Positions 54,807 through 63,562 of a stretch of 64,000 bases of DNA are shown here, one piece after another (position 1 is the stretch's first letter; each line of letters begins with the position of its first letter). Source of the DNA: an uncultured Bacilli bacterium (GTDB taxonomy: Bacteria > Bacillota_I > Bacilli_A > RF39 > UBA660); contig CALVIG010000002.1 of assembly GCA_944329425.1 (NCBI GenBank), positions 75,880 through 139,879 on the forward strand, read 5' to 3'. Made by a program: the position numbers and the translations under genes. The notes beneath the pieces are model-generated. The model did not search any database. It saw only the letters and a list, made by a program, of their open reading frames with translations, and was not told the origin of the DNA.

Positions 54807-55716
54807 GATTGACAAAAATTTATTAGATGAAATAGACGTTAGTGATTTTAAAGAAAGTGAAGCTTATAACATAAGAAAAAACGGTAAAAGCATAAAAAGG
54901 AAAATAAATGATTACGTTGATATAGAACCAAAAGAAGATGGAAAAGGTATAAACGTTTACGTAAAAGAAAACACGTACTTTGGCATTGTTCACATACCGG
55001 TTATATTAACCCAAAGTGGTCTTAAAGACGTGGTTTATAATGATTTTTACGTTGGAAAGAACGCTAACGTAATAATATTAGCAGGTTGCGGCATTCATAA
55101 TGATGAACACGAGGATAGCGAGCATGACGGAATCCATCGGTTTTTTATAGAAGAAGGAGCCAAGGTAAAGTATACCGAAAAACATTATGGAAATGGGCGC
55201 GGTACTGGTAAAAGAATATTAAACCCGGTAACGGAAATAAACCTAAAGAAAAACGCTAGTATGACGATGGATTCGGTTCAGATAAAAGGTGTTTCAAAAA
55301 CCAAAAGAGTAACTAAAGCAAAAATATATGAAGGTGCAACGCTTGTTGTTAAAGAAAAGATTTTAACCAGTGATAACCAAGTAGCCAAAACTGATTTTGT
55401 AATAGATTTAAAAGGTGATGGTGCTAGTTGTAACGTTACTTCACGCTCGGTTGCTACCGAAAATTCTTATCAGGAATTTAAATCAGTTGTTACTGGCAAG
55501 GCAAAATCATACGCTCACGTTTCTTGTGACGCAATAATAAAGGATGATGCTAAAGTAAAAGCAATACCTGAAATATACGCAAAAGATGCTGATGCTAACT
55601 TAGTTCATGAAGCCGTAATTGGTAAAATAGCGGGTGAACAATTGATGAAATTAATGTCATTAGGATTAAGTGAAAAAGAAGCAGAAGACGTAATAATAAA
55701 GGGATTTTTAAAGTAA
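54793..55716 (+). CDS. Short SufB/SufD-family protein
   Basis: C-terminal 'NLVHEAVIGKIAGEQLMKLMSLGLSEKEAEDVIIKGFL' is the SufBD signature, preceded by a beta-helix-like repeat body. ATG at 54793 after 'taaggggg'. About 307 aa. Confidence 0.8.
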   Translation: MIVNEIDKNLLDEIDVSDFKESEAYNIRKNGKSIKRKINDYVDIEPKEDGKGINVYVKENTYFGIVHIPVILTQSGLKDVVYNDFYVGKNANVIILAGCGIHNDEHEDSEHDGIHRFFIEEGAKVKYTEKHYGNGRGTGKRILNPVTEINLKKNASMTMDSVQIKGVSKTKRVTKAKIYEGATLVVKEKILTSDNQVAKTDFVIDLKGDGASCNVTSRSVATENSYQEFKSVVTGKAKSYAHVSCDAIIKDDAKVKAIPEIYAKDADANLVHEAVIGKIAGEQLMKLMSLGLSEKEAEDVIIKGFLK

Positions 55717-55717
55717 T

Positions 55718-55750
55718 AAAAAGTTTGGTATAAATTACCAAACTTTTTTT
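55718..55750 (+). terminator. Rho-independent terminator
   Basis: 11-bp stem aaagtttggta / taccaaacttt followed by a T-run. Confidence 0.8.
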
Positions 55751-55772
55751 AATACTAATACTGGTGATTTAA

Positions 55773-56213
55773 ATGAATAAAGAAAGGTATAAAGAATTAA
55801 CTAATAAAATTATTCCAAAAGAAGATAAGGTAAAAAATGGTTTAACGGCTTTTTTTATAGGTGGTTTAATAGGTTTTTTAGGCCAGTTAATCGTTTTTGT
55901 GTTAGAAAAAGTTTTTAACGTACCTTACAAAGATGCCACTTCAATCATGATAGTTATCCTTATTTTTTTAGCATCTTTATTTACCGCTTTAGGCTTTTTT
56001 GATAACTTGGTATCCAAGGCGAAAGCTGGACTTATCGTACCGATAACGGGGTTTGCTCACGCGATGACCTCAAGCATGATTGACTATAAAAAAGAGGGTT
56101 TAATTACTGGTATAGGTGCTAACGCATTTAAATTAACGGGTAGTGTAATTTTGTACGGAGTAGTATCTGCCTACGTTTTTGGAATTATTAGATATTTATT
56201 TTTTGGAGGGTAA
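55773..56213 (+). CDS. spoVAC: Stage V sporulation protein AC
   Basis: 146 aa, 4 TM segments. 'LTAFFIGGLIGFLGQ', 'GLIVPITGFAHAMTSS'. Confidence 0.9.
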   Translation: MNKERYKELTNKIIPKEDKVKNGLTAFFIGGLIGFLGQLIVFVLEKVFNVPYKDATSIMIVILIFLASLFTALGFFDNLVSKAKAGLIVPITGFAHAMTSSMIDYKKEGLITGIGANAFKLTGSVILYGVVSAYVFGIIRYLFFGG

Positions 56214-56215
56214 AG

Positions 56216-57211
56216 ATGACTATTAATTTTAATAATGTATTCATAAAAGAAGTATCAGCGGTTGCTAGCTTTGATGAAAAAAAGGGTACCTTTGGTAAAC
56301 TTTATGATAAAACCTATGATGATTATTATCTTGGGTGTAAGACTTTCGAGCAAGCAGAAATTAAAATGCTAAAGGATAGCGTTGATTTAGTTCTTGGTAA
56401 ATCTGGTGTTAAAATTAATGAAATAGACGCCGTTATTGGGGCGGACTTATCAAACCAAGGGGCGGTAAATTCATATGCCTCGGTAGACTTTAATAGGCCA
56501 TACTTAGGTTTGTATAATGCGTGTGCTTCCATGTGTGAGGAGTTTATAATAGGAAGTAGTTTACTTCAGAGTAGGCCTTTAAAGAACGTTTTATTAAACG
56601 TATCATCACATAACATGACGGCGGAAAGGCAGTTTAGAAACCCCGTAGAATATGGTTGCCCTAAGCCTAAAAGGTCTACTTTTACCGTTACGGGTTCAGC
56701 TTCATGCATTCTTACCACCGAAAAAACAAATATTAAGGTTACTTCTGTTTCGATAGGTACACCAACTGATTTAGGAGTAACGGATGCTTATGACATGGGT
56801 TCAGTTATGGCCCCATCAGCTGGTAGAACCATATATGAGCATTTTCTTGAAACAAAAACCAAAGTGGATGATTATGACGTCATTTTAACTGGGGATCTTG
56901 GTGTTTATGGTAAAGATATATTAAAAGAATACATGAAAGAAACTTATGACATTGATTTAAAAAATAAGTTAGAAGACGCAGCTTCAATTATTTATGATAG
57001 AAAAAAACAAGGACACGTAAAAGCAGGCGGAAGTGGACCGGCATGTTTAGCATTAGTTACTTATACCGACATAATTAATAGGATGAAAAATAAAGAATTA
57101 AGTAGGGTTTTACTAGTTGCAACCGGAGCTTTGATGAGTCCAACGATGAATAACCAAAGACTTTCTATTCCAAGTATTTCCCACGCGGTATGTTTGGAGG
57201 TGGTAAAATGA
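56216..57211 (+). CDS. spoVAD: Stage V sporulation protein AD (thiolase-like fold)
   Basis: 331 aa. 'YNACASMCE', 'TGDLGVYG', 'GGSGPACLALV', 'LLVATGALMSP'. Position between spoVAC and spoVAEB. Confidence 0.9.
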   Translation: MTINFNNVFIKEVSAVASFDEKKGTFGKLYDKTYDDYYLGCKTFEQAEIKMLKDSVDLVLGKSGVKINEIDAVIGADLSNQGAVNSYASVDFNRPYLGLYNACASMCEEFIIGSSLLQSRPLKNVLLNVSSHNMTAERQFRNPVEYGCPKPKRSTFTVTGSASCILTTEKTNIKVTSVSIGTPTDLGVTDAYDMGSVMAPSAGRTIYEHFLETKTKVDDYDVILTGDLGVYGKDILKEYMKETYDIDLKNKLEDAASIIYDRKKQGHVKAGGSGPACLALVTYTDIINRMKNKELSRVLLVATGALMSPTMNNQRLSIPSISHAVCLEVVK

Positions 57212-57558
57212 TATTTTTATATTCCTTTTTGTTTTGTGGTGTAGTGTGCTTAATAGGACAAATAATTCTTGATAATACTTCCTTTACTCCTGGCCACGTA
57301 ACGAGTTTATTCGTTGTTTTAGGAACGTTTTTAGATTCGTTTGGATTGTATGATAAATTTATAAAGTGGTTTGGTGCTGGAACCTTAGTACCAATAACTA
57401 GTTTTGGTCATTCTTTAATTCATGGTGCCTTGGATGCCGCCAATGAAAAGGGTATTTTAGGATTACTAGGTGGAATGTTTAGCTTAACTTCTGCCGGTAT
57501 AGTTGCAGCAATTGTTTTTGGCTTTATACTAACCATAATATTTAAGGCAAAAAACTAA
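57208..57558 (+). CDS. spoVAEB: Stage V sporulation protein AE (AEB)
   Basis: 116 aa membrane protein. 'GAGTLVPITSFGHSL'. ATG at 57208 after 'ggaggtggtaaa'. Confidence 0.88.
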   Translation: MIFLYSFLFCGVVCLIGQIILDNTSFTPGHVTSLFVVLGTFLDSFGLYDKFIKWFGAGTLVPITSFGHSLIHGALDAANEKGILGLLGGMFSLTSAGIVAAIVFGFILTIIFKAKN

Positions 57559-57592
57559 AAAGTAACTTAAAAAAACTTAAGTTACTTTTTTA
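57559..57592. terminator. Bidirectional terminator between convergent spoVAEB and tmcAL
   Basis: aaaagtaacttaa-aaaaac-ttaagttactttt. Confidence 0.75.
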
Positions 57593-58703
57593 TTATTGAT
57601 GAAGCATAATCTTTTTTTGCGTCGTAATTAGTTAAAATTGAGTATACTAAACTAGCTTTTATATCTTCTTTAAATAAAAGCTCGTATTCTTTTTTAAACT
57701 TAGTAATTATTGGGACGTTACCTTTTTTAGCTTCCTTTAATATTTTTTTACCATTATTATTTAATCCCAAAACCCTTACGTAATTTATTTTTAAATCATT
57801 ATCTTCCTTTTTATTCTTACATAACACGTGAAGTAACGTTCTTTGAATTCGGTTGTAAGAATATCTTTTTGATTTAACGTTTAATATTAATTCATCAACG
57901 CTTGATACGTTATTAATTACTTTTTTTAGTTTGTTTTCTATTCCCTCATCAACACCAACATATTCGTTTAGATTGCAAGAAGTGTTAATTTGGTATTTTA
58001 ACAAGTTAAAATAAGTATCATAATCAACTTCTTTAATGTAGTTAATAACTTTATTCGGCATTACTTTCTTAATTAATCGTACGTTATTTACGTTTTTTCT
58101 AATTGAAGTGGCACTAGTAACGTTGCCACGTATGTTCTCATCATGATAATCATTTGTTCTTTTAATGCTAACGGCAGTAATCTTGCTATTAGTGTTCTTT
58201 ATTTGTCTTACGTACTCTAATGCTAAAACATCATTAGGTTTATCTATCTTAACGTTTGATACTTTACTTAACGCAAATGAACAAGCACTTGGATAATTTA
58301 AACCATCATCCATGGCTTTTTTGACTAATTTTTCATATTTTTCATTATTATGGGTTATTGAAACTAAGTTTTCTAGTAATTTTACGTCATTGGTTTCTGA
58401 TCCAAACACTAAGTAGTCACAATTTAAATAATTTAGTATTTCGATTGCTCCCTTAGCGTATATGTTAGCAGCTTGGGTTGCAAATAAAAAGGGAAGCTCT
58501 ACAACCAAATCATACCCATAATCAAGCGCTGTTTTTGTTTTATCCCATTTATCAATTATTGATACTTCTCCTCTTTGGGTAAAGTTCCCAATTAAAACGA
58601 GAATAAAGTTACAATTAGGAAACATTTTCTTAGCTTCGTTTAAATGGTATAAATGCCCGTTATGAAAAGGATTATATTCTGCGATAACGCCAACGTTTTT
58701 CAT
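57582..58703 (-). CDS. tmcAL: tRNA(Met) cytidine acetate ligase (YlbM/UPF0348 nucleotidyltransferase)
   Basis: 'GVIAEYNPFHNGHLYHL' HxGH-type motif near the N-terminus. Length about 373 aa. ATG at 58703 after RBS 'aaaggaag'. Confidence 0.8.
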   Translation of the reverse strand: MKNVGVIAEYNPFHNGHLYHLNEAKKMFPNCNFILVLIGNFTQRGEVSIIDKWDKTKTALDYGYDLVVELPFLFATQAANIYAKGAIEILNYLNCDYLVFGSETNDVKLLENLVSITHNNEKYEKLVKKAMDDGLNYPSACSFALSKVSNVKIDKPNDVLALEYVRQIKNTNSKITAVSIKRTNDYHDENIRGNVTSATSIRKNVNNVRLIKKVMPNKVINYIKEVDYDTYFNLLKYQINTSCNLNEYVGVDEGIENKLKKVINNVSSVDELILNVKSKRYSYNRIQRTLLHVLCKNKKEDNDLKINYVRVLGLNNNGKKILKEAKKGNVPIITKFKKEYELLFKEDIKASLVYSILTNYDAKKDYASSIIKK

Positions 58704-58778
58704 GTCTATCACTTCCTTTTTTATATAATAACATAAATTATGTTTTAAACATAAAAAAACATCTATTTTATAGATGCT

Positions 58779-59063
58779 TTATTTTATTTTGTTTTTAAAC
58801 TGATTATATAAAGTTATAACGTTATTATAAGTCTCGTTAGATACGTTTTTCTTCAGTTTTTCAAACGCTAATTTAGCATTGCCTTTATATACTTCTTTCC
58901 AGTTTTCCATGATAAAATCATAGATTATTTTATCCTCGTTTTTTTGTAATACTATTTTGTTTTTTACCGCAAAGTCATTTATGTCCTTTAAAGATAACCT
59001 TTTTAAATATTCTTTTATTAAAGCTTCATACATAATAAACCAACTCCAATTTATTATATGCAT
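58779..59063 (-). CDS. Hypothetical small protein
   Basis: 94-aa ORF (an internal ATG at 59033 is possible). Followed on the minus strand by hairpin catctat-aaaa-atagatg plus T-run (about 58752-58782). Confidence 0.45.
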   Translation of the reverse strand: MHIINWSWFIMYEALIKEYLKRLSLKDINDFAVKNKIVLQKNEDKIIYDFIMENWKEVYKGNAKLAFEKLKKNVSNETYNNVITLYNQFKNKIK

Positions 59064-59107
59064 ATCATTTCATTTTTATTAGCATAATAATGATGAGGTG
59101 ATAACTT

Positions 59108-61144
59108 TTGAAACAAAATAAAAATCCAGAAATTATTACTAAAAACAGAATTACGTTTTTATTAATATTCATAATTATTTGTTTTTTTATAATCACTTTA
59201 AAAATGGGATACATGCAGCTGTTTAACGCTAAAGCCTCCATCGCGGACCTTAACCAATTATCAACTAAAACGGTATATGGATCATCAATGCCAAGAGGAA
59301 GAATTTATGACCGCAATTATAACGTTATAGTGGACAACGTTGGCGTTAATCTAATAAGTTATAAAAGAGAATCTGGGATGAACACGAAAGACGAAGTTTC
59401 CATTGCATATAAGTTGGCAGAAAAATTAGACGTTGATTATAGCGCGTTAACCGATACCGAACTTAGAAGGTTTTGGATAATTAATAATGAAGAGGAAGCT
59501 GATAAAAAAATTACCGAAGAAGAAAAGGAACTTTATGAAAGAAGAAAACTTAAAGCTACCGAAATAGAAGAATTAAAAATAAAAAGAATAACCCTAGATG
59601 AATTAAGTGCGTATGGTGACGTTGATAAAGAAGCGGCGTACATATATTACTTAATGAATAACGGATATTATTATGATGAAAAGACAATAAAAGAAGGCGC
59701 AACCGATGAAGAATATGCTTATGTCGCACAAAACCTGGATGATTTAAAGGGAGTTAGTATATCAACTTCTTGGCAAAGAAGTTATCCGTACGGTGATACT
59801 TTAAGACAAATTTTAGGTAACGTTTCATCTTCAAAAACGGGAATACCACAGGAATTAAAAACGGAATATTTAAACAAAGGATATTCTTTAAATGATAGGG
59901 TTGGTCTTAGCTACTTAGAGTATCAGTATGAGGATGTTTTAAAGGGAACAAAAGACGAGTATGAAGTAAAAAACGGGGTAAAAGAGTTAGTTAAAAAAGG
60001 AAGCCGTGGTAACGACATCGTTTTATCGATAGATATAAATTTACAGTTGGAATTAGAAAAAGTAATAGAAGAAGAGTTAATTAAAGCAAAAAAAGAAGCT
60101 AATACTGCGTATTATGATCACACTTCGGTTGTTATAACTGATCCTAAAACTGGTGAAATACTTGCAATGGCGTCAAAGCAAATAACAACTACCAGTGACG
60201 GTTATAAAATAAGTGATTATACAACCAATATTTTAACTGGTAGTGATACTCCTGGTTCAATCGTTAAAGGAGCTTCAATGTTAGTAGGATATAAAACTGG
60301 TAATTTAAAGATAGGCGACGTCTTTTATGACAAGTGCATAAAATTTAAAAATACTCCTCAAAAATGTTCTTGGAGCACGTCACTAGGAGCGTTAAACGAC
60401 GTTAAGGCGTTAGAATACTCATCTAATTCATACCAGTTTCAACTTGCTTTAAAAGTTGCTGGTGTTAATTATTATTATGATATGCCGATTAAAATAGATG
60501 ACAGTGCACTTAACACTTATAGAAAAATATTTAATGAACTTGGTTTGGGGGTAAAATCAGGTATTGATCTTCCATCTGAAACTGAAGGATACAAGGGTAA
60601 AACATCCAACGCTGGTTTATTGTTAAATTATTCAATAGGTCAATATGATACCTATTCTGTTCTTCAGTTATCTAGCTACGTTAATACAGTGGTAAATAAC
60701 GGAGAAAGACTTAAACTTAATTTGCTAAAAGAAGTAAGGGAAGCAACCGATAGTGAAGAGTTAGGAAAAGTAAAAAGCTCTTATGAAAAACAAGTTTTAA
60801 ATACGGTTGACATTGATAAAGTTTATTTTGAAAGGGTAAAGGAAGGCTTTCAAAGTGTGATGAGCGGTTTTTTAGGTAGAGGATACATGGGTAATAGTCC
60901 TAAACCAGCTGGTAAAACCGGCACATCAGAAAGTTTTTACGATTCAAACTTAGATGGTAAGGTAGATACCGAAACGTATAGCAAGTCGTTTATTGGCTAT
61001 GCTCCGTACGATGATCCGGTAATGAGTATTGTGGCAATTTCTCCCCACGTTAGTTATAAAAAGGGCACTACTTCATACACTTCTAACGTAAATAAGCGAA
61101 TTGTATCAAGAATTTGTAATATTTTCTTTGAAAATTATAAATAA
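59108..61144 (+). CDS. Class B penicillin-binding protein (transpeptidase, PBP2/SpoVD-like)
   Basis: N-terminal TM, PBP dimerisation domain, SxxK 'PGSIVKG', SxN 'YSSNSY', KTG 'AGKTGTSE'. TTG start after 'gaggtgata'. Confidence 0.88.
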   Translation: MKQNKNPEIITKNRITFLLIFIIICFFIITLKMGYMQLFNAKASIADLNQLSTKTVYGSSMPRGRIYDRNYNVIVDNVGVNLISYKRESGMNTKDEVSIAYKLAEKLDVDYSALTDTELRRFWIINNEEEADKKITEEEKELYERRKLKATEIEELKIKRITLDELSAYGDVDKEAAYIYYLMNNGYYYDEKTIKEGATDEEYAYVAQNLDDLKGVSISTSWQRSYPYGDTLRQILGNVSSSKTGIPQELKTEYLNKGYSLNDRVGLSYLEYQYEDVLKGTKDEYEVKNGVKELVKKGSRGNDIVLSIDINLQLELEKVIEEELIKAKKEANTAYYDHTSVVITDPKTGEILAMASKQITTTSDGYKISDYTTNILTGSDTPGSIVKGASMLVGYKTGNLKIGDVFYDKCIKFKNTPQKCSWSTSLGALNDVKALEYSSNSYQFQLALKVAGVNYYYDMPIKIDDSALNTYRKIFNELGLGVKSGIDLPSETEGYKGKTSNAGLLLNYSIGQYDTYSVLQLSSYVNTVVNNGERLKLNLLKEVREATDSEELGKVKSSYEKQVLNTVDIDKVYFERVKEGFQSVMSGFLGRGYMGNSPKPAGKTGTSESFYDSNLDGKVDTETYSKSFIGYAPYDDPVMSIVAISPHVSYKKGTTSYTSNVNKRIVSRICNIFFENYK

Positions 61145-61189
61145 TTTGATATAATACGTTTAGTTATCCGAAAAGGAGGGGAATAATAT

Positions 61190-61360
61190 ATGGCAAAGAA
61201 AAACGAAAATAGAGCTAATGTTACTTTAAAATGCCCTAATTGTGGTGAATTAAACTATCGTGTTCAAAAGAACAAAAAGAATGATCCTGAACGTATGGAA
61301 ATAAGTAAATATTGCCCAAGATGCAGGCAACACACAAACCATAAAGAAACTAAAAACTAA
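61190..61360 (+). CDS. rpmG: 50S ribosomal protein L33
   Basis: Absent from the ORF track (56 aa). RBS 'aaaggagggg'. MAKKNENRANVTLKCPNCGELNYRVQKNKKNDPERMEISKYCPRCRQHTNHKETKN has the CxxC...CxxC L33 pattern. Terminator ataagc-gtaaa-gcttat plus T-run at 61360-61382. Confidence 0.9.
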   Translation: MAKKNENRANVTLKCPNCGELNYRVQKNKKNDPERMEISKYCPRCRQHTNHKETKN

Positions 61361-61406
61361 TAAGCGTAAAGCTTATTTTTTATCATGATTGAAAGGAGTA
61401 AACGAA

Positions 61407-61967
61407 ATGATTAACGTAAACGACATAAAAAACGGAATGACCGTTGAAGATGAAGGTAACATTTACCAAGTTTTAGAATTTTCACACGTTAAACCAGGTA
61501 AAGGTGCAGCGTTTGTAAAGATGAAATTAAAAAACATGAGAACTGGTGCCATCGTTGAAAAAACGTATAACAGTAGTGTTAAATTAGCAAAAGCAACCAT
61601 CCAAAGAAAACCAATGCAATACCTATATCAAGCTGGTGATACTTACAGTTTTATGGATATGACAACTTATGAACAAGCTGAACTTTCTAAAGAACAAATT
61701 GGGGATAGTTTAAAGTATTTAAAAGAAAATTTGAATGTTGATTTGATTTATTATGATACCGAACTTCTTGGAATTAACCTACCTGAAAAAATAGATTACA
61801 TGGTAGTTGATACCGAGCAAGCAGTAAAAGGGAACACTTCTAGTGGAGCCCAAAAAGATGCTACTTTAGAAAATGGTATGACGGTTAAGGTTCCTTTATT
61901 TATTAATCAAGGAGAATCAATTATAATATCAACTGATGATGGAAAGTATGTATCAAGAAGCAAATAA
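61407..61967 (+). CDS. efp: Elongation factor P
   Basis: 'MINVNDIKNGMT', 'HVKPGKGAAFVKMKLKNMRTG', 'VVDTEQAVKGNTSSGAQKDATLENGMTVKVPLFI'. Confidence 0.95.
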   Translation: MINVNDIKNGMTVEDEGNIYQVLEFSHVKPGKGAAFVKMKLKNMRTGAIVEKTYNSSVKLAKATIQRKPMQYLYQAGDTYSFMDMTTYEQAELSKEQIGDSLKYLKENLNVDLIYYDTELLGINLPEKIDYMVVDTEQAVKGNTSSGAQKDATLENGMTVKVPLFINQGESIIISTDDGKYVSRSK

Positions 61968-62128
61968 GCTTCTTTTTTATTTTATTAATAATTTGAAATA
62001 TAAAAAAGTAAATATTATATTAAATGGTAGTAATAAGTTTACTTGTAAACAAATGTAAAGATTAAATATGTAATTATGAATAATGATAAAGGTATGTGCT
62101 AAAATACATAGTAGGAAGAAGTGAAAAG

Positions 62129-62737
62129 ATGAAAAAGAAAAACATGATAATAATAGGTGTTATCGCACTAATACTAGCAGTATCGGTAGGATATGCTTTG
62201 TTTTCAAGTACTTTAAACATAAACGGAACAGCAAGTGCAAAAGGAGATTTTAATTTAACTTATGCTTGCGAAATTGATGAATCAAGTTCTAATGAAGATT
62301 TAGCATCATGCCAAGTTGAAGAAGGTAATAAAGTTACGATGGAAAGTACGCTTTCAAAGCCAAATGATGCGGTTATATTCCATGTCACGGTAACAAATAA
62401 CGGAACCATTCCAGCGGTATTAAGAGGTGTTACATCACCTAACAATAAGGGCATGGATTTTAAAGCTGAAGGAGATGCTTATTATGTAGATACTGATTAT
62501 AGTTTGGTTGCTTACTATGCTATCGAAGGAGAAGGCCAGGAAGAACAAAAATGGGGTGATAGCGTAGTAGAGGGTGCAAACATTACTTTAAATCCTGGAG
62601 AAAAAATAAAAATAAGTGTTATTCATGGCTGGGTAGATTCTGATTTATTAGGTTTGGCATCACAGCCAGAGCTACCAGCAGAAGGTGTAACAATGAATTA
62701 CAATTTAACGTTTGACTTTGAACAAGCGACAAATTAA
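62129..62737 (+). CDS. Secreted protein with an N-terminal signal/anchor resembling SipW-dependent (TasA/camelysin-type) signals
   Basis: 'MKKKNMIIIGVIALILAVSVGYALFSSTLNINGTA', then a beta-rich body with 'NDAVIFHVTVTNNGTIPAVL'. The family assignment is tentative. Confidence 0.4.
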   Translation: MKKKNMIIIGVIALILAVSVGYALFSSTLNINGTASAKGDFNLTYACEIDESSSNEDLASCQVEEGNKVTMESTLSKPNDAVIFHVTVTNNGTIPAVLRGVTSPNNKGMDFKAEGDAYYVDTDYSLVAYYAIEGEGQEEQKWGDSVVEGANITLNPGEKIKISVIHGWVDSDLLGLASQPELPAEGVTMNYNLTFDFEQATN

Positions 62738-62768
62738 AATTTTGTGATTCATTAATAGTGTTTAAAAG

Positions 62769-62796
62769 CCAAAAATGAAAATTTTTGGTTTTTTTG
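62769..62796 (+). terminator. Rho-independent terminator
   Basis: ccaaaaat-gaaa-atttttgg followed by a T-run. Confidence 0.7.
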
Positions 62797-62874
62797 TTAT
62801 AACTATTTAAATTTTAATAATTTTATGTTAAAATAACCTTATAAATAGAAGATACGCTTATTGGAGGGATAAAA

Positions 62875-63273
62875 ATGGCTTTTAATTTAAAGAAATTGTT
62901 AGGTGGTAGTGATATTTCTAGTGAAGATGAATATTATACTTTAAGTGTTGAGGAAGCAAACAGGGAAGAAGCAGCAGAAGGAAGTAAAATGATTCTTCTT
63001 GAGCCAAGAGCATACTCTGAGTCGCAACAAATAGCGGATTATTTAAAAAAGAGAAATACGGTTGTTGTAAATTTAAAAAGGGTAACGCCAGACCAAGGTA
63101 AACGAATAATAGACTTTGTAAGTGGATGTTTATACGCGATTGGTGGTAGTATGCAAAAGTTAGGAGACGGAATATTTTTGTGTGCACCTAAAAACATAAA
63201 CGTTCAGGGCAAAATGACCGATGAGGACGAACCAAAAAGAAACAGAACAAAAAACATATCTGAAGATTTTTAA
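62875..63273 (+). CDS. sepF: Cell division protein SepF
   Basis: 'ILLEPRAYSESQQIADYLKKRNTVVVNLKRVTPDQGKRIIDFVSGCLYAIGGSMQKLGDGIFLCAP' is the DUF552/SepF core. Confidence 0.9.
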   Translation: MAFNLKKLLGGSDISSEDEYYTLSVEEANREEAAEGSKMILLEPRAYSESQQIADYLKKRNTVVVNLKRVTPDQGKRIIDFVSGCLYAIGGSMQKLGDGIFLCAPKNINVQGKMTDEDEPKRNRTKNISEDF

Positions 63274-63276
63274 TAC

Positions 63277-63304
63277 TTGATTAATTTTAAAAATATGTTA
63301 AAAT
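63277..63304 (+). promoter_or_regulatory. Promoter of the ileS leader (TTGATT, 16 nt, TGtTAAAAT)
   Basis: ttgatt at 63277-63282. Extended -10 tgttaaaat ends at 63304. Confidence 0.55.
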
Positions 63305-63314
63305 ATATTCTATT

Positions 63315-63545
63315 CAAAACAAATGAGGAAGCCGGCATAATGGTGCTTAATAGAGAACTTATCATTTTGGTGAAAGATAAGCTAAGTTTAAGTTATGTAG
63401 ATCACTTCTGATGTGAGTACTTGAAGTTAGTAGGGTATTTCCGCTTGTTAAGCGTTAAAACGAATGAGATGCATATCTTTTGATATGAATTAAGGTGGTA
63501 CCGTGGGTTTAACTCATCCTTTATTAAGGATGAGTTTTTTTATTT
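63315..63545 (+). promoter_or_regulatory. T-box riboswitch leader with an isoleucine (AUC) specifier
   Basis: Stem I elements (agagaac, ggtgaaag distal region). Candidate specifier ATC at 63401-63403 followed by A. T-box sequence aattaaggtggtaccgtg at 63488-63505. Terminator actcatcctt/aaggatgagt plus T-run at 63512-63541. Confidence 0.85.
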
Positions 63546-63562
63546 ATAAAGGAGGAATAAAG

